The notes under the pieces are model-generated. The model saw only the letters and a program-made list of their open reading frames with translations, made no database searches and was not told the DNA's origin. A DNA stretch of 63,765 bases, the filler included, from Collodictyon triciliatum (Eukaryota), in NCBI GenBank assembly GCA_043381765.1. It is 7 parts of 7 records of this genome, joined end to end, with 100 filler letters (N's around TTAATTAATTAA, not from the genome) between each part and the next. Parts side by side here need not be neighbours in the genome. Positions count along the whole stretch, not along the records: positions 62,266 to 63,765 come from JBHJMP010000982.1; 6 more parts are not named here. One strand, given 5' to 3'. Positions within the stretch are counted from its first letter, which is position 1, and each line of letters opens with the position of its first letter. A program made the translations under genes and the position numbers. Positions 63,664 to 63,765 of the stretch are shown here, in pieces.

Positions 63664-63765
63664 GTAAGTATACTGTCTGCCTCTATTTTATGACGCACCG
63701 CATCATCAATCCTTTCGTGTTGAAAAATAAAACTACTGCTCGAATGCATATTCATCACAAATTTA

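Noticed and set aside
1-63765. Genome-wide stop-codon reassignment
   Set aside because: Long host exons (6678-7487, 26887-28173, 54944-55995) are open under the standard code and genes end in TAA; in-frame stops are confined to isolated loci.

Overview
This is an AT-rich, intron-dense draft genome of a eukaryote, probably a protist. The window is not contiguous: it joins seven scaffolds with artificial N44-TTAATTAATTAA-N44 spacers. Host genes identified are a neurobeachin/LRBA-like BEACH protein, coilin, CFAP20, a BTB-BACK protein, an LRR plus Cys-rich multipass receptor-like protein, VAC14, a duplicated-module membrane protein with one in-frame TGA, a divergent Miro GTPase, a ferlin, a cytosolic LRR protein, PP4R3/SMEK and a TRIM-like RING-B-box-B-box-coiled-coil protein. 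Three features stand out. First, a frameshifted Fanzor (eukaryotic TnpB-family RNA-guided nuclease) keeps all three RuvC motifs and its zinc finger, has a hairpin-rich 3' flank where the omegaRNA is expected, and has an upstream AAAATTGA motif. Second, an intronless virus-like fibre gene with one nonsense codon sits next to a tightly convergent second ORF and is a probable endogenous viral fragment. Third, the LRR receptor contains five 69-nt phase-1/phase-1 exons, each encoding exactly one repeat. All calls come from motif recognition and manual splicing; no searches were run.
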